Source: a virus
Lineage: Duplodnaviria > Caudoviricetes
Virus record (IMG/VR): IMGVR_UViG_2767802007_000002
Coordinates: 4,488-68,487 of that record
Length of the DNA stretch: 64,000 nt
Strand: one strand, 5' to 3'
Position numbers and translations under genes: made by a program. Below are positions 27,411 through 36,526 of this stretch, one piece after another. Within the stretch, counting starts at the first letter, position 1. Each line of letters opens with the position of its first letter. The notes beneath the pieces were generated by a model. It was not told the origin of the DNA and did not search any database. It was given only the letters and a program-made list of their open reading frames with translations.

Positions 27411-27543
27411 GGGGGCCCTCCTGCGGGCGCGTGATGGGGAAGCTGGTCGGCTCGGGCCCCATCACGGGCGCCTTCGCAAGCAAGGTCGTCAGCGCGATTC
27501 GATCACCGAATCAAAGCTCACAGGCTCAATGTACCTTCGAACA

Positions 27544-28329
27544 TCAAGCTTTGCCCAGCAGCTTGGCTGCGTGGATCTCCGCCGTCGACCGCGGCTTGTT
27601 CGGCGCCGCCGGCCGGGGCGCCCCCGTGGGCCGCGGCTTCGGCTTCCGCTCCGGCACCGCAAACAGCTCCGGGTAATCCCGGGTCAGCTCGGCGATCGCC
27701 GCGTCCAGCCCGGACACGGCGCCGTCCTCGTCGACGTCCAAGCCGTCGAGGTCCACCAGCTTGAGTAGCCGCTTCAGCCGCGACTCGCCCTTGTCCCGCG
27801 CGGTCTCCGCGTTCGGGTCCTTCTCGTCCTGTAGGAACGCCAACGCCCCCGCCTCGACGAGTGCGCCCCGTACCGCGGTCCGCACCAGGGGAGTGCGGTA
27901 CCGCTTCTCGCCCTCCTCGCGGGCCTCGCGCAGCGCCTTCTCGTGCTCGGTCTCGTCGCCGCGCGCCTTCTCCTCCAGCTCCTTGTTCCGCAGCCGGTGC
28001 CGCTTGGCGTCCTCGTTGGCCTTCTTCAGCGCGGCCTGCGTTCGCGCCCACTCGTCCTTGGAGGGCGGCTTGAACTCCTCGTCCGGCTCGGTCTTCTTCG
28101 CCGGCGGTTTCGGCTTCGGTGTCTCCTCCGGCTCCTCGTCCGGGGCTTCGTCCGGGTCCGTCTCCGCCTCAGGCTCCTCGTCGGGGACCTCGATGTCCGG
28201 CCCGCCGTCGTCGGTCTCGGCGCCGCCAGCGATGATGTGGATCGGCCGGCCGTCGGTGCGGTAGCCGAGGATCGTGCCCGGCGGCAGGCTGATGCTGTCG
28301 GCTTGGTCGTCGGTGGGGTGGATGCCCAT
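27544..28329 (-). CDS. Scaffolding protein
   Basis: Acidic/Pro-rich N-terminus, coiled coil ALKKANEDAKRHRL, IAELTRDYPELF. Confidence 0.8.
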   Translation of the reverse strand: MGIHPTDDQADSISLPPGTILGYRTDGRPIHIIAGGAETDDGGPDIEVPDEEPEAETDPDEAPDEEPEETPKPKPPAKKTEPDEEFKPPSKDEWARTQAALKKANEDAKRHRLRNKELEEKARGDETEHEKALREAREEGEKRYRTPLVRTAVRGALVEAGALAFLQDEKDPNAETARDKGESRLKRLLKLVDLDGLDVDEDGAVSGLDAAIAELTRDYPELFAVPERKPKPRPTGAPRPAAPNKPRSTAEIHAAKLLGKA

Positions 28330-28393
28330 GGTGTTCTCCCATCACGGGGTCGGCGGCGGCCCATCGGCGGGCGCCGGGGTCTGCGCTGGAGCC

Positions 28394-28705
28394 CTACCGC
28401 ACGGGCTCGTAGGTGGCCTCGAAGATGTCCGGCTTGCAGGGGTAGTGCTCGCCTTGCACGCCAGTGATGATCCAGTCGCCGGGGCAGACGGTGTGCCCAC
28501 CTTCGAGGGTGTCGATCCACCCATGCTCGTGCCAGGTTCGGCCGCACAGCTCGTGGGTCTTGGTTCCCTCGTACTCCGCCTCAGGGCGGCGGAAATATCG
28601 GACGACTGCGCCTTCTCGATCGGCTGGCCCATCGTCGGGGTGGTCGCCGTTCCGGTGCCACTGGTGGGCTTCGATCTCGACGGGCTTTTTGCGGAACTTC
28701 GGCAT
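28394..28705 (-). CDS. Widespread phage hypothetical protein (RKKPV..EA..TLEG..GDWII.GV.GE.YPCKPDIF motif)
   Basis: Motif recognised by eye; AGGAG RBS. Confidence 0.75.
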   Translation of the reverse strand: MPKFRKKPVEIEAHQWHRNGDHPDDGPADREGAVVRYFRRPEAEYEGTKTHELCGRTWHEHGWIDTLEGGHTVCPGDWIITGVQGEHYPCKPDIFEATYEPVR

Positions 28706-28725
28706 GGGGTTCGGCTCCTTGAGTG

Positions 28726-29742
28726 TCAGGCGGCGGCCGGGAAGCGGCCGGTTCGGAGTGCGGCGCGGGCGCGGGCCTCGACCGCAGGCAGAAGGTCATC
28801 AACGGCCCGCAGCAGCTCCCGCGCGGCACGCAGCCGGACAGCACGAGACTCCGACGGCCGGCCGACGCCGTAGCCGATGGACCGCTCGGCCTCGCGACGC
28901 AGCGCCTCCGGGAACGGTGTCCCGGACGTCTTCCACGCGTCACTCCAGGGAACGGCGCGGCAGCGGCAGTGCGCGTGCAGCGGCGGCCCGTCCACCCCGG
29001 CCGCCCGGGCGCGGCGCTGGCGCGGGTCCCAGGACAGGCCGCCCGGGAACGGCTCGCCCGGCGGGGCGGTCCGGCCGGTGTAGGCCAGGCAGCGCACGCA
29101 CGCATCGGCCTCCGACACCCACACCCGCAGCGGCGCGGTCGCGCGGACGACGACGTCCAGCCCTTGGTGGACCGCGGTATTGATGACCCACGCGATGTGC
29201 GCACGCACGGCCGGCAGGACGGCCCGGGCGGCGCCGAGCCCGGCCAGCATGTGCGACCACCGCGACACCCGGTCCGGGTGCAGCAGGAACAGGGCGCGGT
29301 CGCGGCGTTCGGCCACCATGTCCCGGACGCGGCGCGCCTCAGCCAGCAGGACGCGACTCACCGACGGCACGCGCGGCTCCCTGCGCCCCCGGCCGGACGC
29401 GGCACGCACGAACTCGGAGCCCTGCCGCACCCCCATGACCAGCGCGGGCCCCAGCCCATCGGCCAGCACCGCGGGCGCCCGACGCGCGAGGTCATCCAGC
29501 AGCCGGACGGCGGCGGCCCGGGTCGCTGCAACGATGCGGCGCAGTACGTCCCCGGGCGCGGCCGGCTGGTTCGGGCCGCCGTACGCGCGGGTCCACGCGG
29601 TGAGCGTGCGGCGAACGAGCTCCTCGAACGCGCGGTCCATCCCGAGCAGGGCCCGCCCGGCGAGCCGGTTCTCCAGGTCGACGACCTCGCCCGTGTGGTC
29701 GTCCTGCACCAGGCGGGTGAGGTGCTCGCTGGAGTACGGCAT
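28726..29742 (-). CDS. Minor head morphogenesis protein (SPP1 gp7 / Mu F-like)
   Basis: WVSEADACVRC...PPLHAHCRC; follows portal. Confidence 0.8.
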   Translation of the reverse strand: MPYSSEHLTRLVQDDHTGEVVDLENRLAGRALLGMDRAFEELVRRTLTAWTRAYGGPNQPAAPGDVLRRIVAATRAAAVRLLDDLARRAPAVLADGLGPALVMGVRQGSEFVRAASGRGRREPRVPSVSRVLLAEARRVRDMVAERRDRALFLLHPDRVSRWSHMLAGLGAARAVLPAVRAHIAWVINTAVHQGLDVVVRATAPLRVWVSEADACVRCLAYTGRTAPPGEPFPGGLSWDPRQRRARAAGVDGPPLHAHCRCRAVPWSDAWKTSGTPFPEALRREAERSIGYGVGRPSESRAVRLRAARELLRAVDDLLPAVEARARAALRTGRFPAAA

Positions 29743-31268
29743 CAGCTCTCCTCCTGTGCCTGCGCGAGCGCTTCAAGGTCGTCGATGGCGCCGGTCATGA
29801 GCGCGGTGACCTGCTCGGAGGTGATGACGCCGAGCGCGGCCGCGGAGCCGAGCTTCTGCGCGGAGTCGGCGAGCGATGCGAGGACGTCGACGCGGCGCTG
29901 CAGCTCGGCGTCGTCCGTACCCGAGAGCCACGCATCAACCTGCTCAGCGCGGTAGCCGGCCTCCATCAGCGCCTGGCGCCGAGGTACGCCGGCCTCGATC
30001 TTCGCCTTGACGGTCTGCCAGCCCTCGGCCGTCGACACGGACCGGGCCGGTACCCAGTCGACGTTGACGACCGGGTCCTCGATGCCGAGGCGGCGCAACG
30101 CGAAAACGAACGCCTCATGCAGGGCGGCGCCGTAGCTGGTCTGCCGGTTCTCCACCTTCGAGATGAACGGTCCGTCCTCCTCGCGGTAGGACTCGCCTGA
30201 GCGCTGGCTCGACTGGGGGTCGAACAGGCGCAGCGGTGTCTCGGTGATCTGGGCCATGGCCCGCACGTTGAACATGATCGGGTCGAGGAACACCTGCGGG
30301 TTCGCGGCGTCGAACTGACCGACGGCCTTGTAGCCGCGCAGCAGCCACATCTCGCCCGGCCCGGCCTTCAAGCTGCTGTCCTCCCCCGAGTCGCTCGGCC
30401 CGAGGCCCTTCTCGTTGAGGGGCCAGTCGCCGTCATCCCAGTCACCGGGCTCAAGGTCGCTGGTGTCGGTAGTGGAGGTCTCGGTCAAGGCGTAGCGCTG
30501 CGGTGCGCCCTGGTAGTCGACCGTCCCCATGTGCGTGGCCTGCAATTTGGTGATCGCGTTCTGCGGGCCGTACGCGCCATAGTGCTCGGGCACGCCGTAG
30601 GGGCGATCGTTGCGGAAGTGGAAGACCGGCTGTTCGTTCCAGTCGTGCTCGATCGACCAGGACTCGGGGTCCTCTGGGTCGGCCGGCCAGGGGTGCCAGT
30701 CGCCGGCCTGGTCACCGCGCGAGTTCTCCCCGGTGGTCCAGCGTTCGGTGCGGTCGTCGTACAGCAGCTCGACACGCTCGTACCGGCCTTCGCACCACTT
30801 CTTGATGGTGAAATTCTTCTTGCGCGGGTTGTCCTCGCTGTAGAAGACGCGCACCGTCTGCGGAGAGTTGTAGAACATCTCGACCCGGACGACGTTGCCT
30901 TGGGCGTCCTCGACGGGCAGCACCATGAGGTAGGCGTCGCCGTACTCGCCGGCCCGGCGGAACAGATCCGGCAACTCGATGTTGAGCTGGTTGTCCTGCC
31001 AGATCTTCGAGATGAGGGTGTTGGTGTCCTCGTCGGGGCTGGTGATCGAGGCGACCTTCAGCCGGTTGGTGATGGCGTTCACCGGCGTTTTGGCGAAGTT
31101 GAGGTCGAAGTCGATGCGGTGAGCGGCGAGGGCACGGCGCAGGCGGACGCTGGTGAAAACCTCGGGGACCTTGCCGTCGTAGTACAGGGCGGCCTGGTCG
31201 TAGCCGGGACGGGAGCCTTCCAGCTCTTCGATTCCGAGCATGAGGTCGGCGAGCGACTCGTCATCCAA
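29742..31268 (-). CDS. Portal protein (SPP1 gp6-like)
   Basis: 508 aa after terminase; YYDGK, NFAKTPVN, AGEYGDAY, AMAQITETP, VNVDW. Confidence 0.9.
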   Translation of the reverse strand: MDDESLADLMLGIEELEGSRPGYDQAALYYDGKVPEVFTSVRLRRALAAHRIDFDLNFAKTPVNAITNRLKVASITSPDEDTNTLISKIWQDNQLNIELPDLFRRAGEYGDAYLMVLPVEDAQGNVVRVEMFYNSPQTVRVFYSEDNPRKKNFTIKKWCEGRYERVELLYDDRTERWTTGENSRGDQAGDWHPWPADPEDPESWSIEHDWNEQPVFHFRNDRPYGVPEHYGAYGPQNAITKLQATHMGTVDYQGAPQRYALTETSTTDTSDLEPGDWDDGDWPLNEKGLGPSDSGEDSSLKAGPGEMWLLRGYKAVGQFDAANPQVFLDPIMFNVRAMAQITETPLRLFDPQSSQRSGESYREEDGPFISKVENRQTSYGAALHEAFVFALRRLGIEDPVVNVDWVPARSVSTAEGWQTVKAKIEAGVPRRQALMEAGYRAEQVDAWLSGTDDAELQRRVDVLASLADSAQKLGSAAALGVITSEQVTALMTGAIDDLEALAQAQEES

Positions 31269-31287
31269 TGCGTCCTCCCACCCGTGA

Positions 31288-31302
31288 CCTTTGATTCGAA
31301 GG
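31288..31302. promoter_or_regulatory. Late-gene palindrome upstream of portal
   Basis: CCTTTGA-T-TCGAAGG, about 20 nt from the portal start. Confidence 0.6.
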
Positions 31303-31367
31303 ATAGACGGTCATTCGAGTGGCGTCATGCGTCACGACATGCGCCTCGTGCCTTCGAAATGAAGCCG

Positions 31368-32975
31368 CTACGCGTACGCCGCCGTACGAGCAGACGGCGC
31401 CGCCCGCTTCATTGGCGGCATGAACCGGCGCACCGCCGACCCCACCGCGTCGACCATGTCGTCGTTCGGGCCCTTCGGGAACGTGCACATCTGCTGCTCC
31501 AGCTCCGGCAGTCTGCGCGCGTGCAGCACCCGGCCCCGCTGATACAGGCCGAGCAGCCCCTCCGCCCGCGCGAACTTCGGCTCGTTCTGGTGGACCGTCT
31601 TCACCTTCACCGGCATGTCGTGCAGGATCGCCTGCCAGGCGTCGCCGCCCTGGTTGACCTCGATCAGGATCAGCCCGATCCGCGGGAACTCATCCAGCAG
31701 CGCGAGGACACGGTCGCGGAGCTCCGGGCCCGGCCGCACCTTCAGCGCCATCGCCGCGTGCACGGTGCATCGTTGGCGCTGGGCCGACCAGGACACGACG
31801 GCCAGTCCGGTGAAGTCGGACGCCCGCTTCGCAGTGGTGGCCGGGTCGATGCTCAGCATCATGTGGGTGATCGGGTCTGCGCCGGTAATCGGGTCAACCC
31901 GGTCGGCGATGTTCAGGGTGCCGTCGAGGCGGTCCAGCACGGCCGGCGGCTCCGGGTAGCGGAAGTCGTCCGGCGTCCACAACGCCCCGTCCGCGGCCAA
32001 GGGGTCGTTCGCCATGTTCTTCGCATAGCTGCGGGTGTGCCGGATCTCCAGCAGGTAGCCGATCGGCCACTTCGCCGGCCACATCGACCGCTCCGTGCCG
32101 TCCGGGCGCTGCACGATCGGCAGGCTGTGGTGCGCGCGGATGCCCTCGTCCCGGATCCAGTCCTCGACGTGGACGCCCTTCGCTGCCTTCACCAGCTGGT
32201 GGATGATGCTGCCCGGCATGGTGACAGTCCCGCAGATCGCGACGCGGGCGTAGATGTTCAGCGGCAGGATCGCGTCCAGCAGGGTGGTGAGCCGCTTCGC
32301 CGCGAGCTGCGCGGAGTACGACGCCTCGTCCGGCTCGATGTCGTCGCACAGCAGCAGGTCGGGGCGTTTCTCCTCGACCTTCATGCCGAGCGCGCTGGAG
32401 TCGATGCCGTGCGCGGCGAAGATGAACCCGGACTTGGCGATGTACATGCTCTGGGTGTCGGCGACGTTCTGCCCGGACGGGCGCTTGGCCGCGGTGCAAA
32501 GGTCGGGGAAGTCGCGGCGGAGCAGGGCGTTGCCGTCCAGCTCGCGTTTGAACGTGGACAGGTGCCGCTCAGCCTGCGTGGCCGCTGAGGCGAACGCGGC
32601 GGCGAAGCGGACGTGGCCGTGCGCGGCGGCCCACATCGGCAGGATGAGGAACCACCAGGTCGTTTTGCCCGTGTTGCGGGGGGCGATCCAGGCGTCGCGT
32701 TCCTCGGCTGGGCCGGCGGGCGGCCGTATCCAGCGGCGGGCGGCGCGGCACCAGGCGAGGTGGGCATCCCCGAAGCTGATCCGGCCTTCCTCGTCTTTGA
32801 GGTGGTGGCGGAGGTAGACGAGGGCGAACAGCAGTGGGTCGAGGCGGGTGAGGACGCGCCGGCCTTCGGGGTCGGCGAGGAGCCGAGGGTCGAACTGGGC
32901 GAGGTAGGCGTCCAGGTCGAAGGTCTCGGCGTCCAGGCCGCGGAGGTAGCCGGGTGTGCGGGTTGCGGTCGTCAC
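31368..32975 (-). CDS. Terminase large subunit
   Basis: Walker A APRNTGKTT, Walker B LLLCDDIE, nuclease LSIDPA...DFTG...NDDMVDA. Confidence 0.92.
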   Translation of the reverse strand: MTTATRTPGYLRGLDAETFDLDAYLAQFDPRLLADPEGRRVLTRLDPLLFALVYLRHHLKDEEGRISFGDAHLAWCRAARRWIRPPAGPAEERDAWIAPRNTGKTTWWFLILPMWAAAHGHVRFAAAFASAATQAERHLSTFKRELDGNALLRRDFPDLCTAAKRPSGQNVADTQSMYIAKSGFIFAAHGIDSSALGMKVEEKRPDLLLCDDIEPDEASYSAQLAAKRLTTLLDAILPLNIYARVAICGTVTMPGSIIHQLVKAAKGVHVEDWIRDEGIRAHHSLPIVQRPDGTERSMWPAKWPIGYLLEIRHTRSYAKNMANDPLAADGALWTPDDFRYPEPPAVLDRLDGTLNIADRVDPITGADPITHMMLSIDPATTAKRASDFTGLAVVSWSAQRQRCTVHAAMALKVRPGPELRDRVLALLDEFPRIGLILIEVNQGGDAWQAILHDMPVKVKTVHQNEPKFARAEGLLGLYQRGRVLHARRLPELEQQMCTFPKGPNDDMVDAVGSAVRRFMPPMKRAAPSARTAAYA

Positions 32976-32979
32976 CGGG

Positions 32980-33531
32980 TCAGGCCTCGGTCGGGCCGTC
33001 GAGGATCTGCTGCTCTTCCAACTCGGTGCGGGCCTTGGCCTCGCGGAGCATCTCCTGCAGTTCGAGGTCCTGCTGCGTCACCTCGTGCACCGTGGCGTCG
33101 ACCTTCGTCGGCTGGTCGAGGCCGAACAGCTTCCGGAAGCTTTCGCGCGCGCGGAGCGCCCGGTCGACCGCGCGGAGCTTGATGTCGTAGTCCGGGAGCG
33201 GGTTGCCTTCGGCGTCGTAGACGATCCGGCCGTGGGAGACCATGACGTGGTCGGCCTGGAGGATGTCGAGCACCTCGTCGTACATCGCTTCGAGGCGGGA
33301 GGCTTCCATCTCGACGAGCTCTTTGGCCGGGCCGAGGCAGGCGTCGCGGAGGGCGTTGCGGACGGCTCGGATGGCGCCGGCTTTGTCGATGCCGAGTTCG
33401 TCGGCGATCTGCTGGTAGGTCCAGTGCTGGGCGCGGAGTTTGGCCGCGTGGGCGTCGCGTTTGGCTCCTTGGAGGGTGCGGGTGTATCGGCCGCGGCCGT
33501 CGCGGTCGTCCTGGTGCGGGTTGCCTGCCAT
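32980..33531 (-). CDS. Terminase small subunit (N-terminal HTH)
   Basis: GAGGAG RBS, ATG 33531; WTYQQIADELG; RKLFGLDQP; directly upstream of terL. Confidence 0.8.
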   Translation of the reverse strand: MAGNPHQDDRDGRGRYTRTLQGAKRDAHAAKLRAQHWTYQQIADELGIDKAGAIRAVRNALRDACLGPAKELVEMEASRLEAMYDEVLDILQADHVMVSHGRIVYDAEGNPLPDYDIKLRAVDRALRARESFRKLFGLDQPTKVDATVHEVTQQDLELQEMLREAKARTELEEQQILDGPTEA

Positions 33532-33555
33532 GGTGCGCCCCTCCTCATCTGGGTA

Positions 33556-33570
33556 CCTTTGAATCGTAGG
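33556..33570. promoter_or_regulatory. Late-gene palindrome upstream of terS
   Basis: CCTTTGA-A-TCGTAGG; on the minus strand contains TACGAT (-10-like). Confidence 0.6.
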
Positions 33571-33621
33571 CGAACAACTTGTGTGATCTTTGTTTCTGCG
33601 GCGAGGAGTGGGGTGCTGGCT

Positions 33622-33819
33622 ATGGTGTCCGACCGAGGCGGCCGCTACGGGTTCGTGTACCGATCCAGGCAGAAGGTCTACCGGGCGCTGCGCCGCAAGG
33701 GCATGTCGAAGTCCAGGGCGGCACGCATCTCCAATGAAGGCTTCACGAGGGCTGGACGTAGCCTGATGGCGCGCAAGGCCGCGAAGACGCGGCAGATGCG
33801 CGGGCGGAAGCGGCGCTGA
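33622..33819 (+). CDS. Small highly basic protein (YRALRRKGMSKSRAARISN motif)
   Basis: GAGGAG RBS, ATG 33622; followed by a strong hairpin. Confidence 0.6.
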   Translation: MVSDRGGRYGFVYRSRQKVYRALRRKGMSKSRAARISNEGFTRAGRSLMARKAAKTRQMRGRKRR

Positions 33820-33839
33820 CGCCAGGGTGGTGGGTGGCG

Positions 33840-33874
33840 GAGGCCCCGGAGCCGGGCGGTGGCTCCGGGGCCTC
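33840..33874 (+). terminator. Stem-loop terminator
   Basis: GAGGCCCCGGAGCC / GGCTCCGGGGCCTC 14-bp stem. Confidence 0.65.
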
Positions 33875-33979
33875 ACGTATCCGAGGGCTGATCTGTGGGA
33901 ACCGGTGTCTGCTGTCGGTGGCCGGCGGTAGCATCCCGGCACCGCGCGCGCTGGGGAGCGTGCGCTCTGTTGGGGGGTT

Positions 33980-34186
33980 GTGATGGGTGGAGGCTGTAGG
34001 GACTGTCGGACGTGCACGATGCCGGGGTTCGCTCGGCTCGGGCAGGACTGGGCGGTCGGGTTCATGCATCTGATGACGGCGGGGATCTCGTGGGTGGTGA
34101 AGCGGGGTGGGCTGCGGCATTGTCCGCAGTGCAGGCATCTGTATTCGCGTCATCAGCGGCGGTCGGATGGGTCGTTCATCGACTGA
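33980..34186 (+). CDS. Small Cys-motif protein
   Basis: ORF track 68 aa; CRDCRTC...CPQCRH; ends at a terminator. Confidence 0.5.
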   Translation: MMGGGCRDCRTCTMPGFARLGQDWAVGFMHLMTAGISWVVKRGGLRHCPQCRHLYSRHQRRSDGSFID

Positions 34187-34199
34187 TTGCGCGCAGGAC

Positions 34200-34233
34200 G
34201 AAGGCCCCGCACTCGGGCGTGTGCGGGGCCTTC
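34200..34233. terminator. Bidirectional terminator between convergent genes
   Basis: GAAGGCCCCGCAC / GTGCGGGGCCTTC 13-bp stem. Confidence 0.7.
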
Positions 34234-34246
34234 AGTTCGCTCGGGG

Positions 34247-34459
34247 TCAGGCGTTGGGGATCTCATCGGCGGTGACGGTCTCGAAGTGCCGCCACCGGCC
34301 GCCCTCCCACTGCTCGACGCGCGCGGTGTCGGCGGGGCTGGCGCCTCCGAGAGCGGCGCGGATCAGGGTGTAGGCCTTGGCTTCGCTGGTGTGGGCGGAC
34401 TCGGCGCGAACGTCGGGTCCGGTGAGGATCACGCGCCACGGCTTGCGGGGCTTGGTCAT
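34247..34459 (-). CDS. Hypothetical protein (70 aa)
   Basis: ORF track; AGGA RBS; WRVILTG...WEGGRWRHFE. Confidence 0.65.
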   Translation of the reverse strand: MTKPRKPWRVILTGPDVRAESAHTSEAKAYTLIRAALGGASPADTARVEQWEGGRWRHFETVTADEIPNA

Positions 34460-34485
34460 GGGGTTCGTCCTGTGGTGTCGGGCGG

Positions 34486-34650
34486 TCAGGCGGCGGCGCG
34501 TTCGGCGCGGCGCCGGTGGATGCGGTTGGACAGGATGATGGGCCGCGCCTTGGAGTCTCGGTAGCCGAACGGCACCATCGCGCGCGTCTCAGCCTGCCGG
34601 TCGGCTGCTGCCTCGCTTTTGCGCTCCAGGATGGTCTGCAGGTTCGTCAC
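34486..34650 (-). CDS. Small hypothetical protein (54 aa)
   Basis: Read by hand; GAAAGGA RBS, GTG 34650; MTNLQTILERK...RRAERAAA. Confidence 0.55.
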   Translation of the reverse strand: MTNLQTILERKSEAAADRQAETRAMVPFGYRDSKARPIILSNRIHRRRAERAAA

Positions 34651-34738
34651 GGCAGCGGTCCTTTCGGTGGCGGTGGGTTGAGCGTATGGCGGGGGTCAAG
34701 CGGCGAGGGCCCGCTCCCTGTGAGCGGGCCCGGGCCGG

Positions 34739-34981
34739 TCAGGCGCGGGTGAGGCGGGCGAAACTCTCGGTGAACTCCGCGATCAGGGCGAGGGCCCCGT
34801 CCGGGTCGTCGGCCGTCCAGCAGCAGACGGGCTGGCTGTACGGGGTCTCGGAGTCGTCCGGGTCCGTGTTCAGCCACCACGACTCGACGGTGATCCGGCC
34901 GTCGGGGAGGGTCTGGGCGGTGATGAACCCGCCGGGCAGCGGGGTGAACGGGGGGACGGTCGTGGTGGCGACAGTGGCCAT
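34739..34981 (-). CDS. Hypothetical protein (80 aa)
   Basis: ORF track; GAGGAG RBS; followed by hairpin 34707-34731. Confidence 0.6.
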   Translation of the reverse strand: MATVATTTVPPFTPLPGGFITAQTLPDGRITVESWWLNTDPDDSETPYSQPVCCWTADDPDGALALIAEFTESFARLTRA

Positions 34982-34994
34982 GGGGGTTCTCCTC

Positions 34995-35150
34995 TCACGC
35001 CGCGAGGGCGAGGCGGGCGGCGCGCTTCCACTGCTGCCGCTCGCCGCGCTTCACGCGCCGGCGGGCGGTCCTGCGGTCGCGGCCGGGGGCCTGTCCGCAG
35101 CAGTGGCAGTCGCGTCCGCCGGGGCCGTCGGGGCAGTTGCGGCCGATCAT
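34995..35150 (-). CDS. Small Cys-rich basic protein ending RLALAA
   Basis: Read by hand; MIGRNCPDGPGGRDCHCCGQ...KRAARLALAA. Confidence 0.55.
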   Translation of the reverse strand: MIGRNCPDGPGGRDCHCCGQAPGRDRRTARRRVKRGERQQWKRAARLALAA

Positions 35151-35175
35151 GCGAGGCATTCGCGTCTCCGTTCGA

Positions 35176-35520
35176 TCAGGCGGCGGGCCGGTACGGGCCC
35201 CAGCTGCCGGTCATCACAGGGTTGTGCGGCCGGTCCTCGACCTCCAGGGGCAGGTCGGACCAGACGAGGTGGGTGATGCCGAGGTCGATGGCGGCGGCCA
35301 CGCGGTGGTGCCCGTCGACCAGCCAGGGCTGCCCGTTGTGGGTGCGGATCATGATGGGGAGTGCGATGCCGTCCTGGCGGATCTCGTCCAGCAGCTCGGC
35401 ATAGTGCTCGGAGCGCCGCTTGTGGTCGAGGACGTCCTGGACGGTGATGCAGTCGGGGGTGTCGTCGTCGTCCGGGGTGAGCATGTCCAGGACGGTCACG
35501 GTGGGGATGATGCCGAGCAT
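35176..35520 (-). CDS. Stand-alone ParB/sulfiredoxin-like domain protein
   Basis: LLDEIRQDGIALPIMI...LVDGHHRVAAAIDLG. Confidence 0.8.
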   Translation of the reverse strand: MLGIIPTVTVLDMLTPDDDDTPDCITVQDVLDHKRRSEHYAELLDEIRQDGIALPIMIRTHNGQPWLVDGHHRVAAAIDLGITHLVWSDLPLEVEDRPHNPVMTGSWGPYRPAA

Positions 35521-35538
35521 TTCGGAGTCTCCGTTCGG

Positions 35539-35847
35539 TCAGGTGGTGATGGTCCAGCGGGTGAGGCTGCCGTCGCCGTGGCGGATGGTCCGGGTGGTTC
35601 CGTCGGCGGTGACGTCCCAGCCCCGGAGGAGCGCACTGGCGGCTTCCGCCTGGACGTGGCCGCCGCACACGGTGGGCTGGCCGGCGGGCTGCCAGGTGCG
35701 GCCGTTGTCGTGGCTGATGTGGTCGATGTAGCGGGCGTCCTCGTCCAGGTCGGTGACACGGGGGTCGGCGTGGACGGTGCGGTGGTGGTCGGCGTAGTCG
35801 CGGGAGGACTGGGTGGGAACCAGGCGGCGGGTGGTGGACGGGTTCAC
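35539..35847 (-). CDS. Hypothetical protein (102 aa)
   Basis: ORF track; TAGGAG RBS. Confidence 0.55.
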   Translation of the reverse strand: MNPSTTRRLVPTQSSRDYADHHRTVHADPRVTDLDEDARYIDHISHDNGRTWQPAGQPTVCGGHVQAEAASALLRGWDVTADGTTRTIRHGDGSLTRWTITT

Positions 35848-35856
35848 GGCGGGCTC

Positions 35857-36195
35857 CTAGGCGGCGAGGGCGAGGCGCGCGGCGGCGGTGCGGTACGCGG
35901 GCTTGCGGGGCCGGTAGATGACGGCGATCGCGGCGACCTCGGCCGGGGTGTAGCGGGTGCAGGCGCGGGCGCGGCCGTGGGTGTAGGAGACGGAGGGGGT
36001 GCCGGTGACGCCGGCCTTGGTCGCGTTCTTCCGGAGGGAGCCGGCGACCGAGCGGGCCTCGCGCGGGGCGAGGCCGGCGGCGATGCAGTGGGTGGCGAGG
36101 GTGCCGGTGCCGGTGCGGCGGATGCGGCCCTGGGCGGAGGTCTGGGTGCGGCGGGCGCGGAGGGTGGCGCGGCGGGTGCGGTTGGCGGCGATCAT
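35857..36195 (-). CDS. Basic hypothetical protein ending RLALAA
   Basis: GAGGGGG RBS, ATG 36195. Confidence 0.65.
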   Translation of the reverse strand: MIAANRTRRATLRARRTQTSAQGRIRRTGTGTLATHCIAAGLAPREARSVAGSLRKNATKAGVTGTPSVSYTHGRARACTRYTPAEVAAIAVIYRPRKPAYRTAAARLALAA

Positions 36196-36213
36196 TTGGT
36201 CCCCCTCGTTCTT

Positions 36214-36285
36214 GGTGTACGTACACCGTAGCGCGAGGTGTACGTACACCGCAAGGGGTTCGGGCTATCCAGCTGTACGTACACC
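36214..36285. promoter_or_regulatory. Three palindromic operators G(G/C)TGTACGTACACC in a divergent promoter region
   Basis: Perfect GGTGTACGTACACC at 36214-36227 and 36237-36250; GCTGTACGTACACC at 36272-36285. Confidence 0.75.
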
Positions 36286-36301
36286 CGGTACCGTGGGAGA
36301 C

Positions 36302-36526
36302 ATGCCAAGCAGCCCGAAGACCCAGCACCGCTCAGTCCGCATCAGCGACGACGACTGGGCCGACCTGCTCGCCGCCGCGAAAACCCAAGGCAGCGACCGG
36401 GGCACAGTCATCAAGGACCTCGTCGCCTGGTATCTACGCCGGCCCGGCGCGACCATGCCGAAGCGGCCCGAGTCGGGCTCCTGGAAGCCGGAGCGCCCGG
36501 CGAGCAGCGAGGAGAAGACCGCATGA
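36302..36526 (+). CDS. Ribbon-helix-helix (Arc/CopG-like) DNA-binding protein
   Basis: GGGAGA RBS; QHRSVRISDDDWADLLAAAKTQGSDRGTVIKDLVAWYL. Confidence 0.75.
   Translation: MPSSPKTQHRSVRISDDDWADLLAAAKTQGSDRGTVIKDLVAWYLRRPGATMPKRPESGSWKPERPASSEEKTA

Noticed and set aside
35176-35520. ParABS partition system
   Set aside because: Only a short ParB/Srx domain; no HTH, no ParA and no parS array seen.
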